A stretch of DNA of 64,000 bases. Source: Candidatus Eiseniibacteriota bacterium. GTDB taxonomy: Bacteria > Eisenbacteria > RBG-16-71-46. Below are positions 50,201 through 61,600 of the stretch, piece after piece. A program made the position numbers and the translations under genes. Position 1 is the stretch's first letter, and every line of letters starts with the position of its first letter. Location: contig JBGAML010000016.1 of the NCBI GenBank assembly GCA_044223005.1, positions 1 through 64,000 on the forward strand, written 5' to 3'. The notes beneath the pieces were generated by a model, which was given only the letters and a program-made list of their open reading frames with translations, made no database searches and had not been told where the DNA came from.

Positions 50201-50324
50201 GTTCCTTCGAACGCGGCGCTCACGCGCGTAGAGAACTGCGGCTCGCCTCCGAGTCCCGACGCGGCCCGGGCCGGATTCGGGCCGAATTGCGGTGTCTCCG
50301 CCACTTCGCGAGCCCCGACGCCCG

Positions 50325-50339
50325 TGGCACGCCTCCTGC
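50325..50339 (+). promoter_or_regulatory. sigma54 (-24/-12) promoter
   Basis: TGGCAC-GCCTC-CTGC (GG-N10-GC) between the activator gene and the small secreted protein gene. Confidence 0.65.
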
Positions 50340-50406
50340 GATGACGTCCTCGCGGCTGCGAAATCCAACGGCCGCCGGGCGGCGGCCACATCCTGGGAGG
50401 ATGGTC

Positions 50407-50763
50407 ATGAAGAGCAAGCTCGGAGTGGTGCTCGCGATGTTGGCGGTGATGGCGTTCGCCGGTGTGGCTTCTGCGGCTGGACCGGGCACCTGCGGCAACG
50501 TTCCCCCGCGCGACGGCACCGGCCAGAAGTACGGCCAGATCCACTCCTTTCGCGCCGCGGCCGGTCCGGTCGCGTGGCTGTTCGGCAACTGGGCGTTCGG
50601 CGGGATCGGCGTGCTGGGCTGGGGCCCGGGTGACGGCACCGGCAACGACGGCGTCGGGCCGCTGGATGGCACGGGCTACGGGCCGGGCGAGCAGCCCGGG
50701 ACCGTGTCGGGCACGTGCGACGGGACGGGGCCGCACGGCGTGGTGACGCGCAACAAGCGCTGA
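50407..50763 (+). CDS. Small secreted Gly-rich protein with four DGTG motifs
   Basis: GGAGG RBS; signal peptide MKSKLGVVLAMLAVMAFAGVASA; RDGTG, GDGTG, LDGTG, CDGTG. Confidence 0.75.
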   Translation: MKSKLGVVLAMLAVMAFAGVASAAGPGTCGNVPPRDGTGQKYGQIHSFRAAAGPVAWLFGNWAFGGIGVLGWGPGDGTGNDGVGPLDGTGYGPGEQPGTVSGTCDGTGPHGVVTRNKR

Positions 50764-50780
50764 GCGGGACTCGCAGCACG

Positions 50781-50818
50781 ATGACGGCGGCCGGGCCCAC
50801 GGGCCCGGCCGCCGTCAT
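50781..50818 (+). terminator. Long perfect hairpin after the DGTG protein gene
   Basis: atgacggcggccgggccc-ac-gggcccggccgccgtcat. Confidence 0.6.
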
Positions 50819-51008
50819 TGGGGCCGACTCGCCGCGGCGCCGCGGTTGGCGTGTCCGTGGTCTGGACCGAGCTGTTCGTGGCCGCGCCGCTTCCGCCCGG
50901 TGCGCCAACTGCCGATTTCGCAACCGCGTTGGCGCGTGCTCACCCCCCGTGCTACTTTTCGGCCCGCTTTTTCGCGGCCGGCTTCCCGGCCGGCGGAAGG
51001 ACCTGGCA

Positions 51009-51731
51009 TTGACCGACGCCCATTCCTCCGGCCACGGAGGCACGCTGTACCTGGTGGCGACGCCCATCGGCAATCTCGAGGACATCACCGCGCGCGCGCT
51101 CCGTACGCTGCGCGAGGTGAGTCTCGTGGCGGCCGAGGACACGCGCCACACGCGGCGGCTGCTCGACCATTTCGGGATCCGCGCATCGCTCGTCAGCCTG
51201 TTCGAGCACAACGAGCGTTCGCGGGCCGCGGGACTGGTCGAGCGGCTCAAGCAGGGCGAGTCGATCGCGGTGGTCACGGACGCCGGATCGCCCGGGATCG
51301 CCGATCCCGGCTTCCCTCTGGTGCGGGCGGCCGTCGCGGAAGGGGTGCGCGTGGAGAGCGTTCCCGGCCCGAGCGCGGTGATCGCCGCGCTGCAGGTCAG
51401 CGGCCTGCCCACGGACGCGTTCACGTTCGTGGGGTTCCTCCCGGTCAAGCCGGGCGCGCGGCGGCGCGCGCTCGAGGAGTACGCGGAGCGTCGCGAGACG
51501 ATCGTGGCCTTCGAGTCGCCGCATCGCATCGAGCGCTGCCTCGACGACCTCGAGGCGGTCTGGCAGGAGCGGACGATCGCGCTGGTGCGCGAGCTGACCA
51601 AGATCCACGAGCAGGTGCTGCGCGGCAGCGCGCGCGAGGTTCGCGCGGCGCTGCGCGAGGACCAGAAGCGAGGGGAGATGGTGCTGGTGCTGGAGGGCAG
51701 GACGCGGGCGCGACGGGGAGCCGACGCGTGA
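51009..51731 (+). CDS. rsmI: 16S rRNA (cytidine-1402-2'-O)-methyltransferase
   Basis: [45 protein letters not shown] start. Confidence 0.95.
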   Translation: MTDAHSSGHGGTLYLVATPIGNLEDITARALRTLREVSLVAAEDTRHTRRLLDHFGIRASLVSLFEHNERSRAAGLVERLKQGESIAVVTDAGSPGIADPGFPLVRAAVAEGVRVESVPGPSAVIAALQVSGLPTDAFTFVGFLPVKPGARRRALEEYAERRETIVAFESPHRIERCLDDLEAVWQERTIALVRELTKIHEQVLRGSAREVRAALREDQKRGEMVLVLEGRTRARRGADA

Positions 51732-51763
51732 GCGCGAGCACTCCCGCGGAGCGCCGGAACGCG

Positions 51764-52453
51764 ATGGCCGGATACAAGGACAAGCTCAAGGATCTCGCGC
51801 ACGCCACGCTCGACCCGGTCGTGAACGGGCTCGCCGCCGCCGGCCTGCGGCCGAACCACGTCACCGGCCTGGGGTTCGTGCTCAGCCTCGGGGCCGCCTA
51901 CGGCTTCGCCATCGGCCGCTTCCGCATGGCGGCGCTCATCACCTGCTTCGCCGGCGTCTGCGACATCCTCGACGGCCAGCTGGCTCGCCGGACGGGAGGC
52001 GAGACCAAGTTCGGCGCCTTCCTCGATTCCACGCTCGACCGCGTCTCGGAAGCGGCCGTGCTCGTGGGCATCTCGTGGTTCTACCTCTTCAACCTGGTGG
52101 ACATGGCCATCGATCCGCAGCGGGTGCTGGCGAACCTGCAGCGCGGCCTCGAGCCGGTCACCTGGGCCGTGATCTCCCTGCTCGCCGTGCTGGCGCTGGT
52201 GGGGTCGTTCATGGTGTCCTACACCCGGGCGCGGGCCGAAGGGCTCGGGCTCGACTGCAAGGTCGGCTGGTTCGAGCGACCCGAGCGGATGGTGCTGCTC
52301 ATCATCATGGGATTCGCGGGGCTCGGTCCGGTCATCCCGGCCGGTTTGCTCCTGTTGGTCGCGTTGACGTTCGCCACGGCGTTCCAGCGGATGGCGCACG
52401 TGTGGTCTCGCACCCGGACCGCGGGTGGCGAGTCCGATTCCACGGAGGCATGA
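51764..52453 (+). CDS. CDP-alcohol phosphatidyltransferase (PIP-synthase-like)
   Basis: [43 protein letters not shown]. Confidence 0.9.
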   Translation: MAGYKDKLKDLAHATLDPVVNGLAAAGLRPNHVTGLGFVLSLGAAYGFAIGRFRMAALITCFAGVCDILDGQLARRTGGETKFGAFLDSTLDRVSEAAVLVGISWFYLFNLVDMAIDPQRVLANLQRGLEPVTWAVISLLAVLALVGSFMVSYTRARAEGLGLDCKVGWFERPERMVLLIIMGFAGLGPVIPAGLLLLVALTFATAFQRMAHVWSRTRTAGGESDSTEA

Positions 52454-52458
52454 AGTCC

Positions 52459-53733
52459 ATGGGCAACAAGGTTCGTGTCGCGATCATCGGCGTGGGCAAC
52501 TGCGCCTCGTCGTTCGTGCAGGGGCTCCACTACTACCGGAACGCGAAGGAAACCGACCGCATTCCCGGGCTCATGCACGTCAACCTGGGCGGCTACCACA
52601 TCCGCGACGTCGAGATCGTGGCCGCGATCGACATCGACAAGAACAAGGTCGGCAAGGACGTGTCCGAGGCGATCGTGACGTGGCCGAACAACACGGCCGT
52701 GTTCGCGAAAGTGCCGAAGCTCGGCGTCAAGGTGCAGCGCGGCATGACGCACGACGGCCTGGGCAAGTACCTCTCGCAGATCATCCAGAAGGCGCCGGGC
52801 TCCACGGTCGACATCGTCAAGCTGCTCAAGGACACGAAGACCGACGTGGTCGTGAACTACCTGCCCGTGGGCTCGGAAGAGGCCACGAAGTGGTACGTCG
52901 AGCAGGTGCTCGAGGCCGGCTGCGCGTTCGTGAACTGCATCCCGGTGTTCATCGCGCGCGAGAAGTACTGGCAGCAGCGCTTCGAGAAGAAGGGCCTGCC
53001 GGTGATCGGCGACGACATCAAGTCGCAGGTCGGCGCCACGATCACGCACCGCGTGCTCGCGAACCTGTTCGTCGATCGCGGCGTGCGCATCGACCGCACG
53101 TACCAGCTGAACTTCGGCGGCAACACCGACTTCATGAACATGCTCGAACGCGAGCGGCTGGAGTCCAAGAAGATCAGCAAGACGTCGGCCGTCACGAGCA
53201 ACATCCCGTACGACCTGCCGGCCGAAGACGTGCACGTCGGGCCGTCGGACTACGTGCCGTGGCTCAAGGACCGCAAGTGGTGCCACATCCGCATGGAGGG
53301 CACGACGTTCGGCGACGTGCCGCTCAACCTCGAGATGAAGCTCGAGGTGTGGGACTCGCCCAACTCGGCCGGCGTCGTGATCGACGCGGTGCGCTGCGCC
53401 AAGCTGGGGCTCGACCACGGCCTCAAGGGCGCCCTGGTCGCGCCGTCGTCCTACTTCAAGAAGTCGCCGCCGGTGCAGATCCCGGACGACATCTCGCGCG
53501 AGCTCGTCGAGAGCTACATCAAGGATCCGAAGGGCGTGGAGGCGAAGCTGCGCGTGAACGCTCCGACGCTCAAGCGCGAAGGCCCGCCCAAGGGCAAGAA
53601 GTCCACGACGAAGCCTTCGCCGGTCGCGAAGGAGAACGTCAAGGTCTCGGCCAACGGGCACGCTCCGGCGAAGGCGAAGCCGGCGGCGCGCAAGCCCGCT
53701 CGCAAGGGCCGCGCGGTCGCGCGCGCCAAGTAG
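52459..53733 (+). CDS. ino1: myo-inositol-1-phosphate synthase with Lys/Ala-rich tail
   Basis: [52 protein letters not shown]; alternative start 52450. Confidence 0.94.
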   Translation: MGNKVRVAIIGVGNCASSFVQGLHYYRNAKETDRIPGLMHVNLGGYHIRDVEIVAAIDIDKNKVGKDVSEAIVTWPNNTAVFAKVPKLGVKVQRGMTHDGLGKYLSQIIQKAPGSTVDIVKLLKDTKTDVVVNYLPVGSEEATKWYVEQVLEAGCAFVNCIPVFIAREKYWQQRFEKKGLPVIGDDIKSQVGATITHRVLANLFVDRGVRIDRTYQLNFGGNTDFMNMLERERLESKKISKTSAVTSNIPYDLPAEDVHVGPSDYVPWLKDRKWCHIRMEGTTFGDVPLNLEMKLEVWDSPNSAGVVIDAVRCAKLGLDHGLKGALVAPSSYFKKSPPVQIPDDISRELVESYIKDPKGVEAKLRVNAPTLKREGPPKGKKSTTKPSPVAKENVKVSANGHAPAKAKPAARKPARKGRAVARAK

Positions 53734-53740
53734 GTTCTCC

Positions 53741-54373
53741 GTGCCGGGGACGTTCGTCACCTTCGAAGGGGGCGAAGGCTCCGGGAAGTCCACGCAGGTC
53801 GCGCGGCTCGCCGCGCGCCTGCGGGCACACGGACTCGATCCGCTCGTCACTCGAGAGCCCGGAGGCACTCCGCTCGCGGAGGGCATCCGGGCTCTCCTGC
53901 TCGATCCCGACCGGCGGCCGGTGCCGCTCGCCGAGGCGCTGCTCATGGAGGCCTCGCGCGCGCAGCTCGTGGACACGGTGCTGCGGCCGGCGCTCGCGTC
54001 GGGCCGCGTCGTGCTGTGCGATCGCTACGACGACTCGACGCTCGCTTACCAGGGCGCCGGACGCGGGCTCGACCCCGCGATGCTCGAAGCATGGAATCGC
54101 GCCGCGACCGGTGGGCTGGTGCCCGACCTGACACTGCTGTTCGACCTGCCGCCCGCGGCGGGCCTGGCGCGGCGCGAAAAGGCGGTGGGAACGCCCAATC
54201 GGCTGGATCGCGAATCGCACGATTTTCACGTCCGCGTCAGGGCGCGTTACCTCGAACTGGCGGCCGCGTCGCCCGAGCGCTGGCGCGTGCTCGACGCGTC
54301 GCAGTCGCAGGACGAACTCGAGTCGCGCGTGTGGGAGTTGGTGGCCCCGCGACTGGGCCTGACGGTCGCCTGA
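53741..54373 (+). CDS. tmk: Thymidylate kinase
   Basis: FEGGEGSGKSTQ, TREPGG, CDRY, AYQG, PDLT. Confidence 0.95.
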   Translation: MPGTFVTFEGGEGSGKSTQVARLAARLRAHGLDPLVTREPGGTPLAEGIRALLLDPDRRPVPLAEALLMEASRAQLVDTVLRPALASGRVVLCDRYDDSTLAYQGAGRGLDPAMLEAWNRAATGGLVPDLTLLFDLPPAAGLARREKAVGTPNRLDRESHDFHVRVRARYLELAAASPERWRVLDASQSQDELESRVWELVAPRLGLTVA

Positions 54374-54490
54374 CGCTTCCGCGCCGGGGCGCGGGAGGCC
54401 CGGAAGCGCGTGATATAGTTCCCCTCCGCCGATCCCCGTCACCGGCTCCGCCGTGGGAGCCGCCCCCGAAGAGCTTCCTCTGGAGGGCTC

Positions 54491-56086
54491 GTGATCCGTC
54501 GACGCATCCTGCTGGCCGCCGTGCTCGCCGTGCTGTTCGGCATCGGCTGGGGCGTGGGCCGTGGCCGCGCGGGTGGCGACCTCTATCGCAATCTCGACAC
54601 GTTCGTCGAGGTGCTGCATGCGGTGCAGGCGAGCTATGTGGATCCGGTGCAGCCGCGGCCGCTGATCGAAGGCGGGCTGCGCGGCATGCTGCAGTCGCTC
54701 GATCCGTATTCGCGCTTCCTGTCGCAGGCGGAGTACGAAGGCCTGCGCGGCACGCTCGACGAACAGTTCGAAGGCATCGGCCTGCTCCTCGACGTGCACC
54801 AGGGCGCACCGATCGTCGTGACGCCGGTCGAAGGTTCGCCGGCGTGGGAAGCCGGGCTGCTGCCGGGGGACGTGATCTCCAAGGTGGATGGCCACTCCAC
54901 GCTGGGGCACACGCTCGCCGACATCGCGGGCTGGCTGAAGGGGCCCGCGGGCAAGAGCGTGACGCTGCAGGTGCTGCGCACGGGCGAGACCGAGCCGCTC
55001 GATCTCACGCTGGTGCGGCGCACCGTGGACGCGCCGAGCGTGACGGCGGCGTTCCTGCCCGAGCCGGGCATCGGCTACGTGCGGCTCTCGAGCTTCGGCG
55101 AGCACGCGGGTGCCGAACTCGGCGCCGCGATCGATTCGCTGCGCCTGAGCGGCGCGCGCGCGCTCGTGCTCGACCTGCGCGGCAACCCGGGCGGCCTCGT
55201 CGCGCAGGCGATCGAGGTCGTGCAGCCGTTCGTGCGCGAGGGCTCGCTCGTGGTCACGACCCGCGGTCGCGCGGCGCCCGAGCGCAAGTTCCTCGCGGCC
55301 CGCGCGCGCACGGGCGTCGACTGGCCGCTGGCGGTGCTGATCGACGGCGGCAGCGCGTCGGCATCGGAAATCGTCGCCGGGTCGCTGCAGGACGTCGACC
55401 GCGCGCTCGTGGTGGGCCAGCACAGCTTCGGCAAGGGCTCCGTGCAGGACGTGATGCCGCTGCGCAACCGCGAGGGCGCGATCCAGTTGACGACCGCGTG
55501 GTACCACACGCCGAGCGGACGTTCGCTGCAGGCCGCGAACGCGGCCGCCGCGGCCGACGACGAGGACGAGGAAGACGCCGCGAGTGACGATTCGACCTCG
55601 GCGCCCAGGTCCGACACCGCGACCGCCGCCGTCTTCCACACCGCCTCCGGCCGCGTCGTGCACGCGGGTGGGGTCGAGCCCGACCTCGAGGTGAAGCCCG
55701 ATACGCTGCCGCCGCTCACGCTGGCGCTCGAAGGCCGTCGCGTGGCGTTCCGGTTCGCGAAGGACTGGGTGCCGGCGCACGGCGCGAGCGCGGACACGGC
55801 CGCCGTGAGTGCGTATCGCAAGGCGGCCGCCGCGGCGGGCGTCACGATCACCGACGCGGGCTGGGAGCGCGAGCGCGACGCGATCGAGCGCGGCCTGAGG
55901 CGCGAGCTCGCCCGGCGCGCGGGCGGCGCCGCCGCCGCCGCGCGGATCGAGCTCGAGCGCGACCCGGTCTGGGCGCGCGCGGCCGTCGTGCTGCGGCAGG
56001 CGCACTCGGCGTCGCAGGTGTTCGCGATCGCCACCGGCAAGCCGGTGGCCCCGGCGCCGGTGCGCCGATCCGTGCGAGGGAAGTGA
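54491..56086 (+). CDS. Carboxy-terminal processing protease, family S41 (PDZ)
   Basis: LDPYS, GIG, DLRGNPGG, SASASEI, SFGKGSVQ, TPSGR. Confidence 0.92.
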   Translation: MIRRRILLAAVLAVLFGIGWGVGRGRAGGDLYRNLDTFVEVLHAVQASYVDPVQPRPLIEGGLRGMLQSLDPYSRFLSQAEYEGLRGTLDEQFEGIGLLLDVHQGAPIVVTPVEGSPAWEAGLLPGDVISKVDGHSTLGHTLADIAGWLKGPAGKSVTLQVLRTGETEPLDLTLVRRTVDAPSVTAAFLPEPGIGYVRLSSFGEHAGAELGAAIDSLRLSGARALVLDLRGNPGGLVAQAIEVVQPFVREGSLVVTTRGRAAPERKFLAARARTGVDWPLAVLIDGGSASASEIVAGSLQDVDRALVVGQHSFGKGSVQDVMPLRNREGAIQLTTAWYHTPSGRSLQAANAAAAADDEDEEDAASDDSTSAPRSDTATAAVFHTASGRVVHAGGVEPDLEVKPDTLPPLTLALEGRRVAFRFAKDWVPAHGASADTAAVSAYRKAAAAAGVTITDAGWERERDAIERGLRRELARRAGGAAAAARIELERDPVWARAAVVLRQAHSASQVFAIATGKPVAPAPVRRSVRGK

Positions 56087-56802
56087 CGCGCATGCCGTTC
56101 GCGTACCTCTGCGACTTCGACGGCACCATTTCGCCCCAGGACATCGGCGCCGCATTCGTGGAGCGCTTCTCCGCGGGCCGGGACGCCGAGCGCGAGGCGC
56201 TGCTGGCGCGCTGGTTCGCCGGCGGTCTCGGGCACCGCGAACTGACGACGGGGGAGCTCGCGCTCGTGGACGCGAGCCTCGAGGAGGCGCTCGAGTTCGC
56301 GCGCACGTTCCGCCTCGATCCGCATTTCGCGCCGTTCGTGCGCGAGGCGCGCGGGCGTGGCGACGCGGTGATGATCGTGAGCGAGGGGCTCGATTTCTAC
56401 GTGCGCGACCATCTCGCGCGCGCCGGGTTCCCCGACCTGCCGTGGGCGGCGAACGGCGCGCGGTTCGAGGGGCGCGCGGTGCACGCCGAGTTCCCGTTCG
56501 CGGATCCCGGCTGCGAATCGTGCGGCAACTGCAAGGCCCAGCACGTGCGCCGTTATCGCGGTCGCGGCTTCCACACGGTGCTGGTGGGTGACGGCCTGTC
56601 CGACCGCTGTGGCGCGCGCGCGGCCGACACCGTGCTGGCGCGCGGCGACCTGCTCGCGTGGTGCGAGCGCGAGCGGTTGCCGCACGTGCCGTTCGAGCAC
56701 TTCGGCGACGTCGCGGAATGGGCCCGCGGCCGCGATCTCGCGGCGCCGCTGCCGCGCCCGTCGCGTTCCGGCGCGCGGAGCGCGCGGAGGGCCGCGCGAT
56801 GA
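56083..56802 (+). CDS. HAD-IB phosphatase, MtnX-like
   Basis: CDFDGTI, IVSEG, CESCGNCK, VGDGLSD. Confidence 0.85.
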   Translation: MTRMPFAYLCDFDGTISPQDIGAAFVERFSAGRDAEREALLARWFAGGLGHRELTTGELALVDASLEEALEFARTFRLDPHFAPFVREARGRGDAVMIVSEGLDFYVRDHLARAGFPDLPWAANGARFEGRAVHAEFPFADPGCESCGNCKAQHVRRYRGRGFHTVLVGDGLSDRCGARAADTVLARGDLLAWCERERLPHVPFEHFGDVAEWARGRDLAAPLPRPSRSGARSARRAAR

Positions 56803-57845
56803 AGGTGGGTCCGGTCGAGTTCGAGACCCCGTTCGTGCTCGCGCCGCTCGCCGGCGTGAGCGATTCGCCGTTCCGCCAGCTGGCGCGCGAACAGGGGGCC
56901 GGCGCGGTCTACACCGAGATGGTCTCCGCGGACGGCCTCGTGCGCGGCAACGCCGCGACCATGGACTACATCGCGTTCGAGCCGCACGAGCGCCCGATCG
57001 GCGTGCAGCTGTTCGGCTCTGATCCCGCGATCATGGCCGACGCGACGCGGGTGCTGTCGGAACTGCCGCCCGAGAAGCGCCCGGACCTGGTCGACATCAA
57101 CATGGGCTGCCCGGTCCGCAAGGTCGTGACGCGCTGCGCCGGCGCCGCCCTGCTGCAGGACGTGCCGCTCATCGAACGGATCGTGCGCGCGATGTCCGAC
57201 GCGACGCCCCTGCCCGTGACGGCCAAGATCCGCCTCGGCTGGGACGGCGAGTCGCGCAACGTGGTCGAGGTGGCCAAGGCCCTCGAAGGCTCCGGGGCCG
57301 CCGCGGTCGCGATTCACGCCCGCACGCGGGCCGAGAAGTTCGAGGGCACGGCCCACTGGGACCTGATCGCCGAGGCCAAGCGGGCCGTGGGGATCCCGGT
57401 GATCGGCAACGGCGATGTGAAGACCGCCGCCGACGCCGTGCGGATGCTCGAGACGACCGGCTGCGACGGCGTCATGCTCGGGCGGGCGGCCTTCGGCGAC
57501 CCCTGGGTGTTCCGGCGGATCCGGGCGCTGGCCGAGCGCGGCGAGGTCCTGCCGCCGCCCACCGCTCAGGAGCGGCTCGAGGCGGGGGTCCGCCACCTGC
57601 ACATGCTGGTCGCGACTGCGGGCGAGCGGGTCGCCGCCAAGGAGATGCGCAAGCACGTCGCCTGGTACATCAAGGGGCTCCCGCACAGCCATCGGGTCCG
57701 CGAGCAGGTCAACCGCACCCGCTCGGCCGCCGAGATGGTGGAGCTGATGCAGCTCTACCTCGCCGAGCTGGCCGCCCACGGCCTCGAGCACTTCGCGCCC
57801 GAGCCGGCGGCCGTGGACGCCGGCTCGCTGCCGACGGCCGGCTGA
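56799..57845 (+). CDS. dusB: tRNA-dihydrouridine synthase B
   Basis: LAPLAGVSD, TEMVS, QLFG, DINMGCP, KIRLGW, GNGDV, MLGR. Confidence 0.93.
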   Translation: MKVGPVEFETPFVLAPLAGVSDSPFRQLAREQGAGAVYTEMVSADGLVRGNAATMDYIAFEPHERPIGVQLFGSDPAIMADATRVLSELPPEKRPDLVDINMGCPVRKVVTRCAGAALLQDVPLIERIVRAMSDATPLPVTAKIRLGWDGESRNVVEVAKALEGSGAAAVAIHARTRAEKFEGTAHWDLIAEAKRAVGIPVIGNGDVKTAADAVRMLETTGCDGVMLGRAAFGDPWVFRRIRALAERGEVLPPPTAQERLEAGVRHLHMLVATAGERVAAKEMRKHVAWYIKGLPHSHRVREQVNRTRSAAEMVELMQLYLAELAAHGLEHFAPEPAAVDAGSLPTAG

Positions 57846-58263
57846 GCGCCCCAGCGCCGCCGCGGTCCACCCGGGCCGCCGCCTCGCGGGCGAACCGACG
57901 ATTTTGGAGCAGCTTGCGGGAGCGCTCCTCGGCGGCGGCCGGCGACCACGCGAGCGGACGTCCCGAGACGTCGCGGCGAGAGCGCGAGTCGGATGTGCTC
58001 GCGCCGCGATCGGGGCTCCCAGAGCGCCACTTCCTGGCGCGATGCCGCCCCGGAAGTCGAAGTGAAAAAGAAGGATGCTGGGCGGCAGTGGCGATGGGAT
58101 CCAGGCCTGGCCGGCGCTGGTCCCGGGGGCGCCGGAGCGTCGCTTCCGAGCGATGGAACGGGCCGCTCGGAGGGGGTGTGGAGAGTCGGTCGCGCACGTG
58201 CAGGTGCGTGAAAAAACGTCGCTTGTCCGTTTCGAAGAGTTCAAGATCCGGTGAAAAAACGGA

Positions 58264-58292
58264 TTGACAGAGACCTGATGCCCGCCTAGCCT
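58264..58292 (+). promoter_or_regulatory. sigma70 promoter of the large secreted protein gene
   Basis: TTGACA-N17-TAGCCT with an upstream A-tract. Confidence 0.65.
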
Positions 58293-58638
58293 TTGTTGCG
58301 TGTTGGTAGGTGCGGTCCCCCCGTACCCCGACGCAAGAACGCACCTCATACAGTTCCGCGGCTGGAAGAAGCACGTCTCGGCTGGCAGCGGCCGACGTCT
58401 TCGCCCGGCTCACAAAGAGATCGTACGCACCATGTGTCGTGGGAAGCCCGAACTGCCTAAGGGTGACTCGCGGCAGCGGAAAGGAGGGATGGCTCCAGAG
58501 GAGTGTAGCAACTGCCGTCGGATGGCTCGCCATGCGTGAGAGCTCCCGTCGGCGATTTGTTTTTGCGACACCTCGCTCGCAATCCGTTGCTGGAAGACTT
58601 CGCATTGCCCATGCATTGCGACGATGGAGGTAGTCCCT

Positions 58639-61600
58639 ATGAAGAAAGCTTTCCTCGCACTGCTTCTCCTCGTTGGAGCGGCTGCGATGATGGCGAGTGC
58701 CGCGTTTGCCCTGGACGGACAGAACGAGTTCACGGGCATCCAGCGGTCGCACGCGAGCCTCGCGACCCGGGCGCAGAACGCCGGGACGATGGGCGGCGCG
58801 GCGGCGATCTACGACACCACGTGGGTCGGCCACTCGGCCTCGAACCATTTCAACGCTGCGAACAACTGGTGGAACATCTACACCGGTACGTATCGCCCCG
58901 GCGTCGCGATCGCCAACAACGCCCTGTGGGATTTCGAAGATCTCACGAACATGGCGGCTGGCTTCGCGGACTCGCTGCAGGGCTGGTGGCCGACCGGGGA
59001 CCGTCAGGGTTCCGTGGCCGGCTTCACGGATGACCTGCTGTACTCGTACCTCGGCCTGGATCACGGCAACCAGGTGAACTACGCGATGCGTGGTTACCTG
59101 GGCCGTACGAAGGGCGTCATTGGCGCGTGGCACGCGGATCCCGGCAAGAACGCGGGCATCGGTGTGACGTGGGCGCCGATGAGCGGCAGCTACTCGGCCT
59201 GGTGCGGTCTGCGCGAGACGAACGACAACACCGTCATCGACCAGGTGACGAAGAACCCGTTCAACTCGTCCACCGCCGAGTTCAACAACCTGCTCGTGGG
59301 CCTGACGGCGAAGAACTACCCCGGCTACTGCCGTTCGTGGGACCAGATGCTGTATCGCGATCTGGCTCCGACGGCGGGTCAGCCGCTGACGCTGTCGTTC
59401 CTCTACCGCACGCGCATGTCGCTGGGTGCGAACACCTCGACGACCGGCCGCATCGGCTGGTTCCATGGTGACCCGCTCTCGACGACGCCGGGCAACTTCA
59501 TCAGCGCGGCTGCGTCTGCGCCGACGACGATCGTGGACTCGTTCCAGGTGTTCATCGGCGTGCCGGTCAATGAGGCCGCGGTGACGCTTTCGAACGGCAC
59601 GACCGCTCCGGTGTACGACAAGCAGCGTCGTTGGTTCTCGGAAGTCGTGCAGATGTTCAATGGCGCGCCGCTGTACGAAGTCATGTCGCGTGCGGGTGCG
59701 AACCCGGCCACGACCGACACGACGGGCTTCAACTCGTTCTCGGCCGTCATCGACGCTCCGACCGTCGCGAGCATCACGGGCTTCGCCGGCAACCCGACGG
59801 GCAACGTCCGTCTCGTGTTCCGCGTGAAGACGAACAGCTCGTTCGACGATCAGGCCGGCACGTTCAACTCCGCCAGCCGTGGCGCCGCGCAGATCGACGA
59901 CGTCACGATCCAGTGGGGCGCTGCTGCCGCCAGCAACATCGGTGACTTCGAAGGCCTCGAGCAGAGCGGCCCCAACTCGATCGACAACCGGTTCGACGGC
60001 ACGCACCAGGTGAACTACGCGATGCGTGGTTACCTGGGCCGTACGAAGGGCGTCATTGGCGCGTGGCACGCGGATCCCGGCAAGAACGCGGGCATCGGTG
60101 TGACGTGGGCGCCGATGAGCGGCAGCTACTCGGCCTGGTGTGGTCTGCGCGAGACGAACGACAACACCGTCATCGACCAGGTGACGAAGAACCCCTTCAA
60201 CGCCACCACGGCGGAGTTCAACGTCCAGAACGTGGGGCTCACGGCGAAGAACTTCCCCGGCTATTGCCGCCAGTGGGACCAGATGCTGTATCGCGACCTG
60301 GTGCCGACGGCGGGTCAGCCGCTGACGCTGTCGTTCCTGTACCGCACGCGCATGTCGCTGGGTGCGAACACCTCGACGACCGGCCGCATCGGCTGGTTCC
60401 ATGGCGACCCGCTTTGGACGGCGGCCGGCAACTTCATCAGCGCGGCGGCCGCTGCGCCGACGACGATCGTCGACTCGTTTCAGGTCTACGTCGGCGTGCC
60501 CGTCAACGACGCGGCCGTCACGCTCTCGAACGGCAACGTCTCGCCGGTGTTTGACCCGCAGCGCCGCTGGTTCTCGGAAGTCCTCCAGATGTTCAACGGC
60601 GCGCCGATGGTCGAGGTCATGGCGCGTGCGGGTGCGAACCCGGCGACGACCGACACGACAGGCTTCGTCACGTTCTCGACGACGATCGAGGCCCCGACGG
60701 TGGCGAGCATCGCCACGTCTCCCCTGAACCCGACGGGCAATGTCCGTCTCGTGTTCCGCGTCAAGACGAACAGCTCGTTCGACGACCAGGCCGGCAACTT
60801 CGACTCCGCCAGCCGTGGCGCCGCGCAGATCGACGACGTCACGATCCAGTGGGGCGCTGCTGCCGCCAGCAACATCGGTGACTTCGAAGGCCTCGAGCAG
60901 AGCGGCCCCAACTCGATCGACAACCGGTTCGACGGCACGCACACGGCCGTGACGAACTGGCGCTCGACCGGTCGTCCGACGCCGAACGACTGGCACGCGA
61001 CGCCGCTGACCGGCCTGCCGTGGTCCGACATCTGTGGACCGATCGGCGCGGCGACGCGTACGTGCAACATGATCGGCAACGTCCTGGACGCCGGCAACGC
61101 CGACCAGGGCGAGGCGCTCGGCGATCCTTCGACCGACGCCACGATCGAGTTCCGTTCGGGCGCCATCTCCCCGACCATCGACCTGACGACGACCGTGAGC
61201 CCGAACCCCATGGGCATCACGTCGGCGATCGTCGGCGGCTCGGATGACTACTACATCCGCTACGACGTCTACACGGGTGACTTCGACGCGCTCGGCAACA
61301 CGGGCGTGTTCTGGTGGTGGGCGGCGCAGTCGTACCCGAACGTCCAGGCCAACGGCGCCAAGACGTGGGGCGACATCACCGCCGGCGGTACGATCCTGTA
61401 CGAGCCGGATATCCGTTGCTACGGCGACATCGAGCCGCTGAAGGCCAAGAGCAAGATCCAGACGTCGAACGCGTCCGGCCTGCCGGATTCGCTCCGCATC
61501 TACCTGGGTCTGTACGCGCTCAACGGCTTCTACGGCGACCCGCTCGGCGCCAACCCGGCGTTCGGTTGCTACTTCGACAACGTCTCGCTCGCCATCGTCA

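Noticed and set aside
58489..58539. Leader peptide MAPEECSNCRRMARHA after AAAGGAGG
   Set aside because: The RBS-like sequence sits only 1-2 nt from the ATG and there is no other coding evidence.
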